A DNA stretch of 63,013 bases, counting the filler, from Trichomonas gallinae (lineage: Eukaryota): assembly GCA_008369845.1 (NCBI GenBank). It is 7 parts of 7 records of this genome, joined end to end, with 100 filler letters (N's around TTAATTAATTAA, not from the genome) between each part and the next. Parts side by side here need not be neighbours in the genome. Positions count along the whole stretch, not along the records: positions 1 to 28,095 come from MRSU01000565.1; positions 28,196 to 45,212 come from MRSU01000566.1; 5 more parts are not named here. One strand, 5' to 3'. Made by a program: the position numbers and the translations under genes. This document shows, piece by piece, positions 24,024-36,342 of this stretch. A model generated the notes under the pieces. That model was not told where the DNA came from, made no database searches, and saw nothing but the letters and a program-made list of their open reading frames with translations. The first letter of the stretch is position 1; each line of letters opens with the position of its first letter.

Positions 24024-25373
24024 ATGGATAATAATAATGATCAATTAATAATCCCTCGACAGCTGGAAGGAAAGGACTGTTTACGCTATATCAAGTACGG
24101 ACGAGTCATCCGTGGCATCACAAAGAAGAATTATCTAAATAACGTCGAAAGAACAAATCTTCTCTTCAACGAAATCTACGCATTATCACAGAATATACCT
24201 GAAAATCTGTACAAGTATAGACTTCTTAACACAAAAAACGCTACTCCTAAGCAAATATGGATATCAAAAAAGTTGCAAAAATTACAAGTGAAATATCAAA
24301 GCTTTTATTCAGATTTTTATTTAGCAGAGGCATCTACACTGTCTCAGCTTATTTGTTTCATCAAAGACAATCAAGATCAAAATAATTTAGTGATTTTTCG
24401 CTGCACAGATTATAGAACGTTTATAGAAAATAAATTCAATAACAATCCAATAGGAAAATCGATTCTTTTCAGAATATGCTCATTGGATCAACTCGCTTTT
24501 AGAATACAAAATGAAACTAAATATCCTAACATAACAGAGAAAAATGTCCACGACTCATTGATTACTTTTCAGACACTCATTGAGTCTAAAAATGATTATT
24601 CGCCATTTTCAGTGTTTGACGACATTTTTTATTCTTATATTCATTATACTAATTTAGTTTCTTTATTCGACGAACAAGTCAAAGAAATTATAAAAGAATT
24701 GAAGAAATCTATCATCATCAAGTCGAAAAATACAACTCCGAAAAAAAATGTATCATCAATCGATTTCAGCGGCATTTCTTTCATATACGAAGGCTTAAAG
24801 AGCTTCATAAATCCGTTAAATCCATTACAAGAGACAGTTTTGCGTTACACAATCATCAGATTTTTCTTCGACAGACTTTATTTGGCTTGTCCGTTCTTCG
24901 ACGCTGATATAGACAAGACACAGTTTTACGATAAGTGCAAGAAAGTTCCTGAATTGCAGTGTAGCGTCCTAAAAATATCAGATAAGATTTTGCCTGATTC
25001 TTCTTCTGATAAAAGGTTCATTGACGTTGCCAAAGCATACAAGGACTCTCTAGACTTGCTAACATACATACAGTTCTACAATGATCCGCTTACTATTGCT
25101 TGGCTCTCTTCGAAAGCGATGCATTATATCGAAAAGGCGATTTTTGAGGCGAAACAACCGAAAAAGCGAGAAATGATGGCCTTTGATGATATATTCTCCA
25201 TATTTTGGCCGTTAATGTGCATGTGTCCAATGGCAGATCCAGTTTCTCCTGCATTATTCTTGAAATGCGTCTCAAAGATTTCTTTTCCGTCTGGATTGGA
25301 CTACGCTCGCAATGTATTTGTTTCTGCTGTTGATTACATAAGAGATTTAGACATAGAGAAACTCGCGAAATAA
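24024..25373 (+). CDS. Hypothetical protein with a C-terminal VPS9-like domain
   Basis: DPLTIA..MAFDDIFSIF..FVSAVDYI resembles the VPS9 ADD/SAV motifs. Confidence 0.55.
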   Translation: MDNNNDQLIIPRQLEGKDCLRYIKYGRVIRGITKKNYLNNVERTNLLFNEIYALSQNIPENLYKYRLLNTKNATPKQIWISKKLQKLQVKYQSFYSDFYLAEASTLSQLICFIKDNQDQNNLVIFRCTDYRTFIENKFNNNPIGKSILFRICSLDQLAFRIQNETKYPNITEKNVHDSLITFQTLIESKNDYSPFSVFDDIFYSYIHYTNLVSLFDEQVKEIIKELKKSIIIKSKNTTPKKNVSSIDFSGISFIYEGLKSFINPLNPLQETVLRYTIIRFFFDRLYLACPFFDADIDKTQFYDKCKKVPELQCSVLKISDKILPDSSSDKRFIDVAKAYKDSLDLLTYIQFYNDPLTIAWLSSKAMHYIEKAIFEAKQPKKREMMAFDDIFSIFWPLMCMCPMADPVSPALFLKCVSKISFPSGLDYARNVFVSAVDYIRDLDIEKLAK

Positions 25374-25633
25374 TAATATTATTATTTGTTTTTTATTTTT
25401 TGTTTGATTTATTAAATTATGTTTATTTTGTATGTTTTTAACCACATGATATATTTACATAGAACAAATCATGCAAAACAACATTATTTTTTTGATTGGA
25501 AATTGTTATATTTGAATGTGATCACTGCCCATATCTGCTATACTTTTATTAGCTTTCATTATGAAGAATGATGGAATAGTAAAAGTGTGACAAATCTTGG
25601 TAAATAATTTTGGAATACATCTCATAATTTTAT

Positions 25634-26612
25634 TCATTCTGTAGCTGACATAATATGTGCAATAAAGTTTGAAATATATTTTGTCTTGCGTTTATGTTGA
25701 ACAATAGATTCAACTGCAACTGGTGGATATGCATCACACATGTATTCTGTTATATGCAAAATGTCTAAGTTGATTTCTCTCCCAGCTTTATTCTTTACTA
25801 TAACTGATCCAAATGATCGGTTATAAGTTCTATCATAGAAGCAACCATCAACTGTAATACTACCATATTGATCAGACGATTGAAATAAGTCATATTGAAA
25901 ATTCTCATTGTTAAAATTACATTGATTAAAGGATGCTGTCGCATTGAATACATACACATGAACTCACGAGAACTTTATTATTAGTGTTCTTTGAAAAATA
26001 GTGTTCACCTACGTATTCAATCTGTTTGTTTTTCACATACGAACAATACGAAATGCTTAATTCTGGACTAAAACTTGATATGGAGTGAATACAATTTGAT
26101 TTGATATAAGTATTCGACATATTATTTGATTTTGCTTTTGATGCACCAAAATTTAATATGATGTTGTGATTGCCAAGACCAGTTCCAGCTCCTGACTCAG
26201 AGACTGATGACTCATATATATAGTTTTTCGAAGTTGATCTGTCTGCTACATATATTTCAGAAAATATTCAGCTACTTAATTTTGATCCTTCAGTCTTTGA
26301 GCTATAGATTCTATTGAGAACGCATTGATCAACAGTACAGTGCATATATACTCCAGAATATGGCGCGAAGCACTTGACACAGCAACAGTCTTCTGAAAGA
26401 ATATCGGAATTTCCAGATTCAATCCTAACCTTTATTACGCTCTCCTGTTTTAATTCAACAAAATGACAGAATGATACAAAATAACTGTGATCTTTGGCAT
26501 TTAAGCGCTCGCTTCTATGTTTATAATTTTTATAATTCGAGTTTAAAAAGAATTCATCCCAACTTTTCGAGCAATAATATATGTCAAATGAATATATACA
26601 ATGTAATGACAT
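25634..26612 (-). pseudogene. Fragmented gene of a trichomonad secreted beta-helix-like family
   Basis: Three collinear minus-strand ORF pieces (26268-26612, 25926-26120, 25634-25957) of matching Cys/Ser/Asn-rich composition, separated by frameshifts. Confidence 0.55.
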
Positions 26613-28056
26613 TCTTGCTTTCTATCAAGCACATCATGGGAAATATTATCATATTCTTAATGAAATTAGATAATGATCGTATGTATCGCCTTATACATTA
26701 CAATATGTGATTTAAATATTGAGTAATACTAAAGTCTCAAAATCAAACAATCAAAACTAATTTTCGGATGTTTTGCTTTTAAAATGAAAATATTATGTAG
26801 AATACAAGCAACAAAACCCATTACATCATGAAGTTTACCTAAATGAGCAGTGAAGATTATCAATATCAAATGAATGTAGAAAAAAAATAAAAAAAATTCG
26901 AATTTAATGAATTCAAATTAAATCAAGTAATTGCATAGTTAAGCTGAATGTCTAAGTGTATTTTCAATATGAAACATGATGAAGCTAATTCGAATCAACA
27001 ATTCAAAATCTGAACTCAGACATATTAAGTTCTAATAATAAAGATGCAACTAAAGCAAAATAGATATAATTCATCATCTTGATTTTTAAATATATTATTC
27101 ATAATATTCGATCTAACTCTTGTGTATATACCAGAATGGAAATAATATTTGTCACAATCATAATAAGTTTGCCATGCATTTTGTCAAGCTAATTTGATAA
27201 GAATTTCCTAAAATTAAAGAGCTTTTTTTGTTTTTAAGTGTAATGATGGAATTCTGAGATACTAATGCATTCATTTCAATATATATTATTATGTGGAATT
27301 GATTGTTCATAGCTAATAATAAAATTGAAAATTTCGAATTTGAAATTTTGCTTAAAATGCACCGAGAGCCCGCATTAATATCTCTAAATCATGAGCGCAT
27401 TATATTATGCGCATCATTTGAATTTTTTATTTATCCAAGAAGTTGATTGAATTTAGTAAATGATCAAATTTTGACGGAGAGTACGAAAATTAAAATAATG
27501 AATCATTTATCTCGTAATTTTGGGAATAATTGTAATTAGTAAATCATGAATATTGTTGAGAATGGATTGTTCCATTCATACTTTTACGTCATGTAAACAT
27601 TGTTTGATTGTACTGTTGCAAATCTTTCGACCGAAATCAATCAGTTATCTGATGAATATATTTGCCATAAAAAAGCTTTATTCCAAAAATCCCTGACATT
27701 TTCATTTTTCATCCAAATCTCAGAAAAACTGACAGATTCTTTTTATTGATATTTTAATGCATATTATGTATTCGAAAAAATGGAAATAATTAATTGAATA
27801 ATCATTGACAATTTCTGACAATTGAATTTATAAGATTTGTTTAGTTCTGAAAATTTTCCCCGGCATTTCTTCCATATATCATAAATATATTGATAATTTT
27901 TTATATGTTTTCAAGATTCTAAAAGCAAATTGGCGTATATTTTTGATTTTTCAAATCACGCAATTTCATTATCGGAATTATTGCATATTAAAGCATTTTA
28001 GACTATTTATAGTATGTGCACATCATTGATTTCAAGAGTAACAATAATCTTTTTTT

Positions 28057-28091
<35 letters not shown>

Positions 28092-28095
28092 TTTT

Positions 28096-28195
28096 NNNNN
28101 NNNNNNNNNNNNNNNNNNNNNNNNNNNNNNNNNNNNNNNTTAATTAATTAANNNNNNNNNNNNNNNNNNNNNNNNNNNNNNNNNNNNNNNNNNNN
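28096..28195. other. Artificial contig linker N44-TTAATTAATTAA-N44
   Basis: 100-bp unit with stops in all six frames, identical at six sites. Confidence 0.98.
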
Positions 28196-28272
28196 ATATT
28201 CATCGAGAAATTAACAAAATACGTATTTTTGGGTACCAAAAAAATTTGGGAAAAAATTGGAAACGTACGGTA
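28196..28272 (-). mobile_element. End of a Tc1/mariner-superfamily (Tc2/pogo-like) element
   Basis: Contig begins with 75 bp ending GGAAACGTACGG|TA; the reverse strand reads TA|CCGTACG. Confidence 0.5.
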
Positions 28273-29202
28273 TATTTTCAATGTACTTCCTAACGAAGAT
28301 TGAGTCTTAATACTTCAACCATATATTAAGATTTTTACCTGATGATTCTTATCCTTCCACGTTGGAGATAAACACCATAACGTTACAATTCCCTCGTGAC
28401 AATTTTTTGGAGTTATGAAAACACATTTAAGGATATTTTATTAAATAAATCCAGAATTGAATAATAAATATACATGTCAAAATAGCGTGGTTAATATATT
28501 ATTATATACCATATTAGGTTGCTACCGCTTTATTTGCTAAGCTCAATTTTGCATAGTTTTCATGCGGTATACCTTTAAAGGGAATGTGCGAATTGCCATT
28601 ACAAGGATGATTTCACTGATTTTGGATTCACAGCTCTCTCGTAGAAAGTGACCCTAGTCATTGGTTCATATGAAAACAAATTGTTATTATTTTAATAATC
28701 TCTAAAATGAGCACACGAGTTGAGCGAGTCATAATGCATTGCGCTCATTGAAATACATCTGTTTACAACGATTAGTATGCTATTTAGAGTACTATCTGGA
28801 TTTCATCATACCTGTGTATATAATACATTGCAATTTACTCCAGCTCAAAGATTTACATTTTTGATTAAATTTTATCAAAAAATGTCAACTAAAAAGTTGT
28901 AAAAAATCATAAAAAATGCTAGCCTCGGTCCACGACTGTCACATTCTAGGGAAAACGAGATGGATTAATAATTATATAGCCAAAAAAAAAAACATAAAAA
29001 TTTTTATAACTCATAATTAGACGAGTTTGACGCCAATATGAGTATTTTGCTCCTTTTCTACAAATGTTCATAGTTTAGTGCATTAAGTCAAACGGATATA
29101 AAAATGCTTGGTATTATAAAACTTCTTATGAACTCAAACTTTATTATTTGCCAACTCTAAAAATTTTTCCAACATTTGTCAGTTTTTGTTTTAATATTTT
29201 TC

Positions 29203-30382
29203 ATGGTGTTTGATCGAGTTGGCAGTGCCCAGTCCATTCCACACATGATAGAGAACGACATACTCATGGAAGTACTTGATGAGGACCAGTTATCTGAGTG
29301 TTTGAAGCATGTTACTTTGAATGTCGACGATTCACTCAACATACTGGATAAAATAGAGTCTAATTACAACGATCCAGATAGAATCAGGACTATTCGTAAT
29401 TTTTGTACTGATTTTGACTCAGGGAACAAATTTGATTCAATGAAATTCATTGAATTTATCAGAGCTTTGGGTAGATGTCTCCAAGTTGAAATCCTTGAAT
29501 CTGTAGCGATTATCATTAACTCAGTATTTTCGAAAATTGACCAACTCTTTTCTGGTATCGAACAAACGCCACGCAAAACCACCTACAAAATCTTATAAAC
29601 CAGCGAAAAATATTTCTTCACCACCGAAACAAAATACACTAGATATGAGATGTAGTAAAGCTTCAATGCATGAACTAAAACATCACAAAAATTCTAAACA
29701 AATTAATTTAGATCCAATGAAACGAAGGAGAAAAGTGAATAAAAATATCGAAGAATTGAAGGAGATTTCTCAAACAGAAGATAATTTTAATAAAATCTTC
29801 AAAATATGCGAAAGAATTGCAACAGAAAAAGACAGAGATGCCATGACATTTGCCACCAGAGATAAATTTGTTTACGTCACAGAAAAAGGAAAAGATCGTT
29901 ACAAAAATATTTTCACTAAGGCATATGATAATAATCAAGATTTGATACGTCTTTTGATCGAATCCAAAATTGACATTAACTCAAGAGACAAGTACAACAG
30001 CACAGCTTTGATTTGAGCTTCAGAAGAAGGAAATCATGAGGTTGTCAAAACCCAACTCTCAGTTCCTGGAATAGATGTCAACGCAAAAAACATCTATGGC
30101 TGGACAGCGTTAATTTCTTCTTCACATTATGGGCATCAAGAAGTTGTGAAACTCATTCTTGCAGTTCCTGGAATTAAAGTAAATGCAAAAGATAATAACA
30201 TCTATTCGTCATTAATGTATGCTTCATTATTTGGTCATCTTGAAGCCGTCAAACTTCTCCTCTCTGTTCCAGGAATTTGTGTAAATGAAATAAGTAGATA
30301 CGATGAAAGTGCTTTAATTCTTGCATCAAGAAATATCCATCAAGAAATCGCAGAATTATTGAAAGATTATTACACAATCTAA
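29203..30382 (+). pseudogene. Ankyrin-repeat gene with a frameshift (~29590) and an in-frame TGA (30014-30016)
   Basis: DINSRDKYNSTALI*ASEEGNHEVVK..IDVNAKNIYGWTALI continues in frame into the 30146-30382 ankyrin ORF. Confidence 0.85.
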
Positions 30383-30591
30383 TTCATGAATTTAAATCGT
30401 GGTCTTCAAATAAATTGAAATAAATGATAAAAGAGTAAAATATTATTATTTTCATTCGCATAACAATTAATTTAATGAATGTTTAGATTGCGTTAATTTA
30501 ATCAGCTTCTACATCTATGGTTGTTTATTGGATCTTTAAATAAAATTTAATACAATAATATACTTTACTCTATAATATATACATACAAACA

Positions 30592-33297
30592 TTATAAATC
30601 GTCAAATCGAATATCATCGATCTTGAAATTAGATGGAACAAGTTGTTCCATGTCACTCATTACTTTATTATTCTTTCCATTTCTCTTTTTGCTGGCTAAT
30701 TTGAATACTATAATAACAACTGCAAGAATTATCAGCAAAACTATGAAGTCTGGTTGAAGAAGATACTCATCAATGAAGTCGAAGCCATATTTTCGCTTGA
30801 TCATCCTCTTTTCGCACGGATCAAAGTCAAACGGTTCTCTGTCTTTCGGTGTTTTTCTCCCTTCAGGTATTATGTGGATAGGAACAGTCAATGTTGTGCA
30901 AGTTGACTGCGAAGAATGATGAACGGGTGTGATAACCATGACACATTGTGGACAAGAGAAATTAGGGCTGATAGTAAGATTAAAATAACCAGAATTGAAA
31001 ATTTTTCTTGTCATCAGCAATTCGCCTTTTTTGTGATTGAAAAGACTCAAAATCGCACAAGTTCCCCAGAATGATTTTGGAAACCTGTCCATCAAGAACT
31101 GCCATTCTACATCAATAGATATATTTTCGTTCATTTTCGTGAAAAAAGTTTCGTATTTTTTCGGTTTCGTTATTCCTTCGACTAATGTATTTTGTCTCGG
31201 CGTCACCCAAATTGGCAATGAGAATCTTTCTTTGATCATCAATAAATCCAGGCCAAGTTTAAGCTTTTTAGGCTGGAAAATACAAGGAACGGTGATGTTG
31301 AATTCCTCTGAAATATTGACATCCCCTAAGGATATTCTTCTTCCTTTTCTGTCAATCAATAAAGCGGCAGCTGTTTTATTGTAATACACCGGATTTATGT
31401 CTTGAGCATGCAGTGTAATATTCTTGCCGCATTCAATTCTCATTCTTTTCTCTTTTAATGAAAATTTGTCTGTTTTCTTCGGCGGAAAATTTTTATATTT
31501 TTTGCCAAATGATTGATGCGATTTTAGCTTGAATTCTGTTGGTCCATAAGCAGTTATTACGCATTTTACAAGTCTGGCAACAACAATGCAACCTGTTGTC
31601 TTTATTTCAACCTTCCATTCTCCCAAAGGATTCTCACCTAAAAAGTCTCGAATGACAATTAATTTCGTATAAGTAACTTCGACATCACTATTTATCGAAT
31701 TCTCCTTGATTTGGACTCTTGTTCCTTGTGGCGACGTCAAATAAATCTCTAGAAATCCCATGGCATTTGCTGACAATTCATATTCGAACTCAACAACTTC
31801 GATGAAATTAACAATAGGATCTCTTATGAAAACAGAAAATTTCAGCGGAGGACTTCTGCATTGATATAATTCGATATTGTAAATCGATCCATTCACATAT
31901 TCTTCATCTGACATCAATTCCCAGTTCTTTGCCAGTTCAACTGCCTTGCCAGCATTCACTCTCCCGAATCCATGATAAGCGCTGTGATAGAATCCGGCTT
32001 TGTTTTTGACCCATGATGGACAATCAGGATCATTTACTGTTGCGGTCGCTGCCAAAATCGTTTGCACATCTCTCCACCCTAGATTCGGATTCGCATCATA
32101 TAATAAAGAAACAACACCCGACACTTGGGGAGTTGCTGCAGATGTTCCAGAGAAATTAGACATGCACTCTGTTCCTGTAGAAGTGAAAATTCCTGGCACG
32201 TGCAAAGAACCAAGAGAATAAAAATCGCGTCCACCTGATGGAGCATTAACTAATATCGAGTTTCCACGGCTGGAATAGAAACATCTCATTCCCTCATTTG
32301 TAGATGCTGCAACTCCTATAACAAATCTTTCGCAATTTAAAATCTTGAATGATGTATCATCACCATAATGGCCTTCATTGCCAGCTGCGAAGACAATGGT
32401 TGAACCTCTCCCATTTCTTCCTTTTTGCATCATTTTTTCGTAGGTTGACGTTAAAACATCTAATCTGCGAGATTGCGGACAGAAAGCTGTTCTTTTTTCT
32501 TTGTCTATAGTACATGCAGGGCCCCAAGAGTTAGAGCTTCCGTCTACATGTCGAATTCTACTGATAGAAAACAGTAATGCTTTGACATTTTTTTGGTTAA
32601 GATGATCACCGAGTTTTTGACAAGCTAGATGTGTGTGTGGTGCTACACCAGGCCCACACTTGCCATTTTCGTCACCACCAACGATATGCGCGCAAGCAGA
32701 TCCGTGAAATGAATATTCATCTGATTTATTTGGATAAATATTGTAGCATTCGCTCATTTTGTACTTCTCTGATAAGCATCCGTCAATGTAGTTCCAAGAA
32801 TTGGATTTATTATAATTTTTTCTAATTTCTGGTGCTTCAGGCAAACAACCATTATCATTGATGATAAAATTGACTCCATTGCCGAGTATTCCCTGTTCCC
32901 AGGCTGGTTTAACATTTATATCTTCTCCTGGAATTCCAGTCTGTTGTCCGTTGTTAAACAAGTAGTATTGGTTTTCATTCGGAATTATTTCTGAATCTGT
33001 TAAGTATTTTAGCTGAAAATACCGATTTTTGACCTTTTCGTTTATGAAATTGCTCAAATTAGAGTCTATTTTCGTTTTAGTATAAAAGATGATTTCATTT
33101 TTGTATTTTAATATCTTCTGTGGAGAGTATTCTGTAAAATATTTAAAATTCGAGATATTTGATGAGTAAATATAGCCATCTGACTGAGTTTTATGCATTT
33201 TCTTGACACTTCCGATGTTTTCATTTGATATGTACACATTTTGGTTATAACTGAATAACAAGTCATTCTCCAGAATGAGAAATAAAAAATGAAACAT
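30592..33297 (-). CDS. Kexin/furin-like subtilisin (S8) protease with P-domain and C-terminal TM helix
   Basis: Catalytic motifs INDNG, HGSACA, AAGNEG, GTSAATP; WRDVQ, HGFGRVNAG; P-domain LTSPQGT..GENPLGEW; signal peptide and TM segment. Confidence 0.95.
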   Translation of the reverse strand: MFHFLFLILENDLLFSYNQNVYISNENIGSVKKMHKTQSDGYIYSSNISNFKYFTEYSPQKILKYKNEIIFYTKTKIDSNLSNFINEKVKNRYFQLKYLTDSEIIPNENQYYLFNNGQQTGIPGEDINVKPAWEQGILGNGVNFIINDNGCLPEAPEIRKNYNKSNSWNYIDGCLSEKYKMSECYNIYPNKSDEYSFHGSACAHIVGGDENGKCGPGVAPHTHLACQKLGDHLNQKNVKALLFSISRIRHVDGSSNSWGPACTIDKEKRTAFCPQSRRLDVLTSTYEKMMQKGRNGRGSTIVFAAGNEGHYGDDTSFKILNCERFVIGVAASTNEGMRCFYSSRGNSILVNAPSGGRDFYSLGSLHVPGIFTSTGTECMSNFSGTSAATPQVSGVVSLLYDANPNLGWRDVQTILAATATVNDPDCPSWVKNKAGFYHSAYHGFGRVNAGKAVELAKNWELMSDEEYVNGSIYNIELYQCRSPPLKFSVFIRDPIVNFIEVVEFEYELSANAMGFLEIYLTSPQGTRVQIKENSINSDVEVTYTKLIVIRDFLGENPLGEWKVEIKTTGCIVVARLVKCVITAYGPTEFKLKSHQSFGKKYKNFPPKKTDKFSLKEKRMRIECGKNITLHAQDINPVYYNKTAAALLIDRKGRRISLGDVNISEEFNITVPCIFQPKKLKLGLDLLMIKERFSLPIWVTPRQNTLVEGITKPKKYETFFTKMNENISIDVEWQFLMDRFPKSFWGTCAILSLFNHKKGELLMTRKIFNSGYFNLTISPNFSCPQCVMVITPVHHSSQSTCTTLTVPIHIIPEGRKTPKDREPFDFDPCEKRMIKRKYGFDFIDEYLLQPDFIVLLIILAVVIIVFKLASKKRNGKNNKVMSDMEQLVPSNFKIDDIRFDDL

Positions 33298-33735
33298 CGG
33301 AATTAAGTGAAATTTGACATATTTTTTATCTTCAAGTCAAACACATGCTTGTTATAGTTTTGATCTTTACAATTTTTCATAATTTGTTGAAATTTTTCAA
33401 TATTTCTTATTTGATTACAAAATATAGAAGATATAGAACCTGGACATGTAGAATAGATATTTCGCGCATTTAAAATAAGAGAATTTAGATTATCAAATTT
33501 ATTGAATTTTGATTTATAACTAAAAACAATGATAAACTAACACTATAACATCTATATTATACAATTCTAGAAAATTATGGACCAATCACATGTAAAATAA
33601 ATTTAATAAATTATATCAATGATAATGATAAAATAGGAGTTTTTAAAGTACAATATTGTGGCAATATATGATAAATAGGATGTTGAAACAAAAATATGAA
33701 CAAAGATTTATATCTATAATAAAACAAGTTTGAAA

Positions 33736-34569
33736 TTATTCGTTAGGCTTTTCAGCTTCCTGGGTAGGTTCTTCTTTATGTTCATCTACACTTGGATTTT
33801 CTTCTTTTTCTTCAACTGATTTTTCGTTTTGCTCATTTTGTTCATTTTGCTCATCTGTATGTTCTTCTGCTGGCTCATCACTGTGTTTTGATTCTTTGTG
33901 CTCATCACCAGTATCATTTTCTGTGTGTTCTTCCGTATTTTCTTCGCTAATATCGTGCTTTGGCTTTTCTGTCTTTCCATCCTTGTTTTCTTCTTCCTCT
34001 TTGACTTCATCATGGTGCTCTAATGATGCTGTAGCTGCGCTTTCATCAGATTCGAAAAACGTTTTTTCAATCATTGATAAAGACTTCCAAACGTCGAAAA
34101 CAATCTGAGCTCGCTCTTTGTATGTCAAGTCCGGGGCGTTCTTTCGTAGTTCTTCGTGCTTAAGCGACATAAAACGGAAATACGGTGATATCTTTGCTTT
34201 TCTTTCCTTTTCAGCTTTTGAAAGTTGTTGTTGGTCGGTGCCTTGCTTCTGGACTGCAATGGCGTATTTTGCCTTGGATTCGGCCGCTTGCTTTTCGTAT
34301 TTTTCCTTAATCGCTGGATCAAGATTTTTGAAGCGTTCAGAGGCTATTTTGGTGATTTCTGGGAATTTCTTGTCGGGGAATTCCTGTTGCAACTGTAAAC
34401 GAACATCCATCATGTAAAGGTTCCATGCTGTCCTGTATTTTACTTGTTTGTCGGATTTTGAGTCTTCTTCTTCTTTTATCTCCTTCTGCTTCGAGTTTTT
34501 CGACTTTTTGCTCTTATCATTTCCCTTAGAACTGTCTTTTTTGTTTGTCTTTTCTTTCTTCGATTTCAT
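33736..34569 (-). CDS. HMG-box protein (two boxes, acidic tail)
   Basis: TAWNLYM..FPEITKIASERFKNL..KEKYEKQA and SPYFRFM..WKSLS. Confidence 0.9.
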   Translation of the reverse strand: MKSKKEKTNKKDSSKGNDKSKKSKNSKQKEIKEEEDSKSDKQVKYRTAWNLYMMDVRLQLQQEFPDKKFPEITKIASERFKNLDPAIKEKYEKQAAESKAKYAIAVQKQGTDQQQLSKAEKERKAKISPYFRFMSLKHEELRKNAPDLTYKERAQIVFDVWKSLSMIEKTFFESDESAATASLEHHDEVKEEEENKDGKTEKPKHDISEENTEEHTENDTGDEHKESKHSDEPAEEHTDEQNEQNEQNEKSVEEKEENPSVDEHKEEPTQEAEKPNE

Positions 34570-34714
34570 TGAGAATTGTCACTTTTATTTGATACGTTAT
34601 TACAAAATTCGATTTTGATTTCGTTTTTATATACTACATATTATATTTATAATGAATTTGCCATCAATTTGGCGTATATCTCATTTTTCAAAATTTGTTG
34701 ATAAAAATCTTGAT

Positions 34715-35140
34715 TTAGCTCAAAAAGTCATATAGCAATAAAATACCTTTTATGAAATATGATATTTTAATTCATAAATCCATATGGATTATGCATCAAA
34801 ATTATTTTTGAAAAATAAATCTGTTTTTGACACAAAAAGTGATATATAGTTAAGATTATATTTAGGAAAAATAATGTTTTAAAACATTAAATCTGTATGA
34901 TTATGCATAAAAAATATTGATGAAATATATTTGATTTAAGCTTATAACGTTTTGCATAAATGACTTTTTCGTTCAAAAATATTATATTTTAAGTAATAAA
35001 TCTATATGATTATGCATCGAAAATTTCTACAAAAATATCTTGTTTTACAGCAAAAAGTCATATATAAACAAGATAATCTATGGAAAATATCATATTTAAA
35101 GCAAGAAATCAATATGATTATGCATCGAAATTATTTTTTC
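34715..35140 (+). repeat. Degenerate ~110-bp tandem repeat, four units
   Basis: GATTATGCAT at 34787, 34899, 35008, 35116; CAAAAAGT(C/G)A at 34721, 34833, 35051. Confidence 0.75.
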
Positions 35141-35244
35141 GAAAAAGATATTAAAAGTAAAAATTATGGATATAAAATTATCAAATTCTAGTTTGCTAAA
35201 ATAATAAATATAAAGATTTCGTGACAAACAGTTAATCTTTATTC

Positions 35245-35595
35245 TTAATTAAGTGTATTAACAAGGAAATTCTTAACAATTCCAACTTTATGCTTTAGTA
35301 ATCCGATTGTAGATGGGTTGGGATCTGCTTGTTCGATGCCGAAAATATATTCGCCGCAATTCATAACGATACAAATAGCTGATTCCCACTCGAACATTAT
35401 TTTTTCCCAGTTCGGAACCGGAAAAGTCTGCCAAACTGTTGATAAAGCTTCGACAACCATTCTTGAATTTGTAAATTCGTTAGAGCAAATCAATCCACCA
35501 GCAGGTGTTGCGACAAAGGCAAAAGTAAGGCTATTTTCATCAGCAAAGTCTGATAAAAATTTATTAAGCTCCTGAATATTGATTAAATGTGGCAT
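35245..35595 (-). CDS. LAMTOR2: Roadblock/LAMTOR2-like Ragulator subunit
   Basis: From MPHL: LNKFLS..FVATPAGGLI..LSTVW..TIGLLKHKVGIVKNFL follows the LAMTOR2 pattern; 116 aa. Confidence 0.7.
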   Translation of the reverse strand: MPHLINIQELNKFLSDFADENSLTFAFVATPAGGLICSNEFTNSRMVVEALSTVWQTFPVPNWEKIMFEWESAICIVMNCGEYIFGIEQADPNPSTIGLLKHKVGIVKNFLVNTLN

Positions 35596-36342
35596 GAAAT
35601 GGCACTTTTCTATGTGCCATTTAAAATATTTACATGTCAGATTTATAAAATATACTTGTTTTTCTCCAACCATTTTCTGATTGATTTCAAGCAAAAATAT
35701 TGATAAAATATGATGTGTAGTAGCCACATGGATCTATTTATCGCATGCAAACACCGCAACATTGTATAAGAAATTAAATAGTTCAGATTTGTAAAGGTTA
35801 TTTACATGTCAAAATCTCTTCTGAAAAAGCTGAAACGCGGCCATCCGAAATAATATACGATATTATTGTGCGAAACTTTAATATAAGCATCCACACATAC
35901 AAATGAATTGTATTAAATGTATTATCTTTTCTGAATCCGATTTTATTATAAGTATGACATGATTTTGACCTGAGAATCTGACAAAATTATATTTTACATG
36001 TCAGATTTCTTTTTATAAATCTACTTTTCAGGGCTAAATATGTAAAATAGCAATATGAAAATATAATAATATTGATAATTATATTGAGATAGACGATATT
36101 ATTAGGTTTGTTAATTCTATATTGCATAGGAAAATAGAGGTGAAGTGAACATTTTTGGCAATAAGGTGATTTACGTGTCATAATTTCACTTTTTATTGTT
36201 TTCCAATTTGAGAAAGCGTTTCTACCGAGCGAAAAATATATGAGGGATATTTTAGAAATGATTTAAATTTACTCGGTTTTTAATTTTTTCTTCACCAGCA
36301 AAAATGTGACAAGTCTATCGTCTATATATATTTTTTTAATAA

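Noticed and set aside
4786..30016. Alternative genetic code (TAA=Gln or TGA=Trp) suggested by two in-frame stops
   Set aside because: Conserved genes (ATG7, PEN-2, VPS26, EF-hand) end at TAA where expected, Trp is encoded by TGG, and long ORFs have no internal stops
34715..35140. CRISPR-like repeat/spacer array
   Set aside because: Eukaryotic context, no cas genes, degenerate repeats, and the intervening segments are homologous to each other
35596..35727. N-terminal extensions given by the ORF track (also at 331, 38744, 43671, 46971, 53836, 62623)
   Set aside because: They run through AT-rich promoter DNA with Inr-like or 11-mer motifs, several use non-ATG starts, and recognisable protein sequence begins at downstream ATGs
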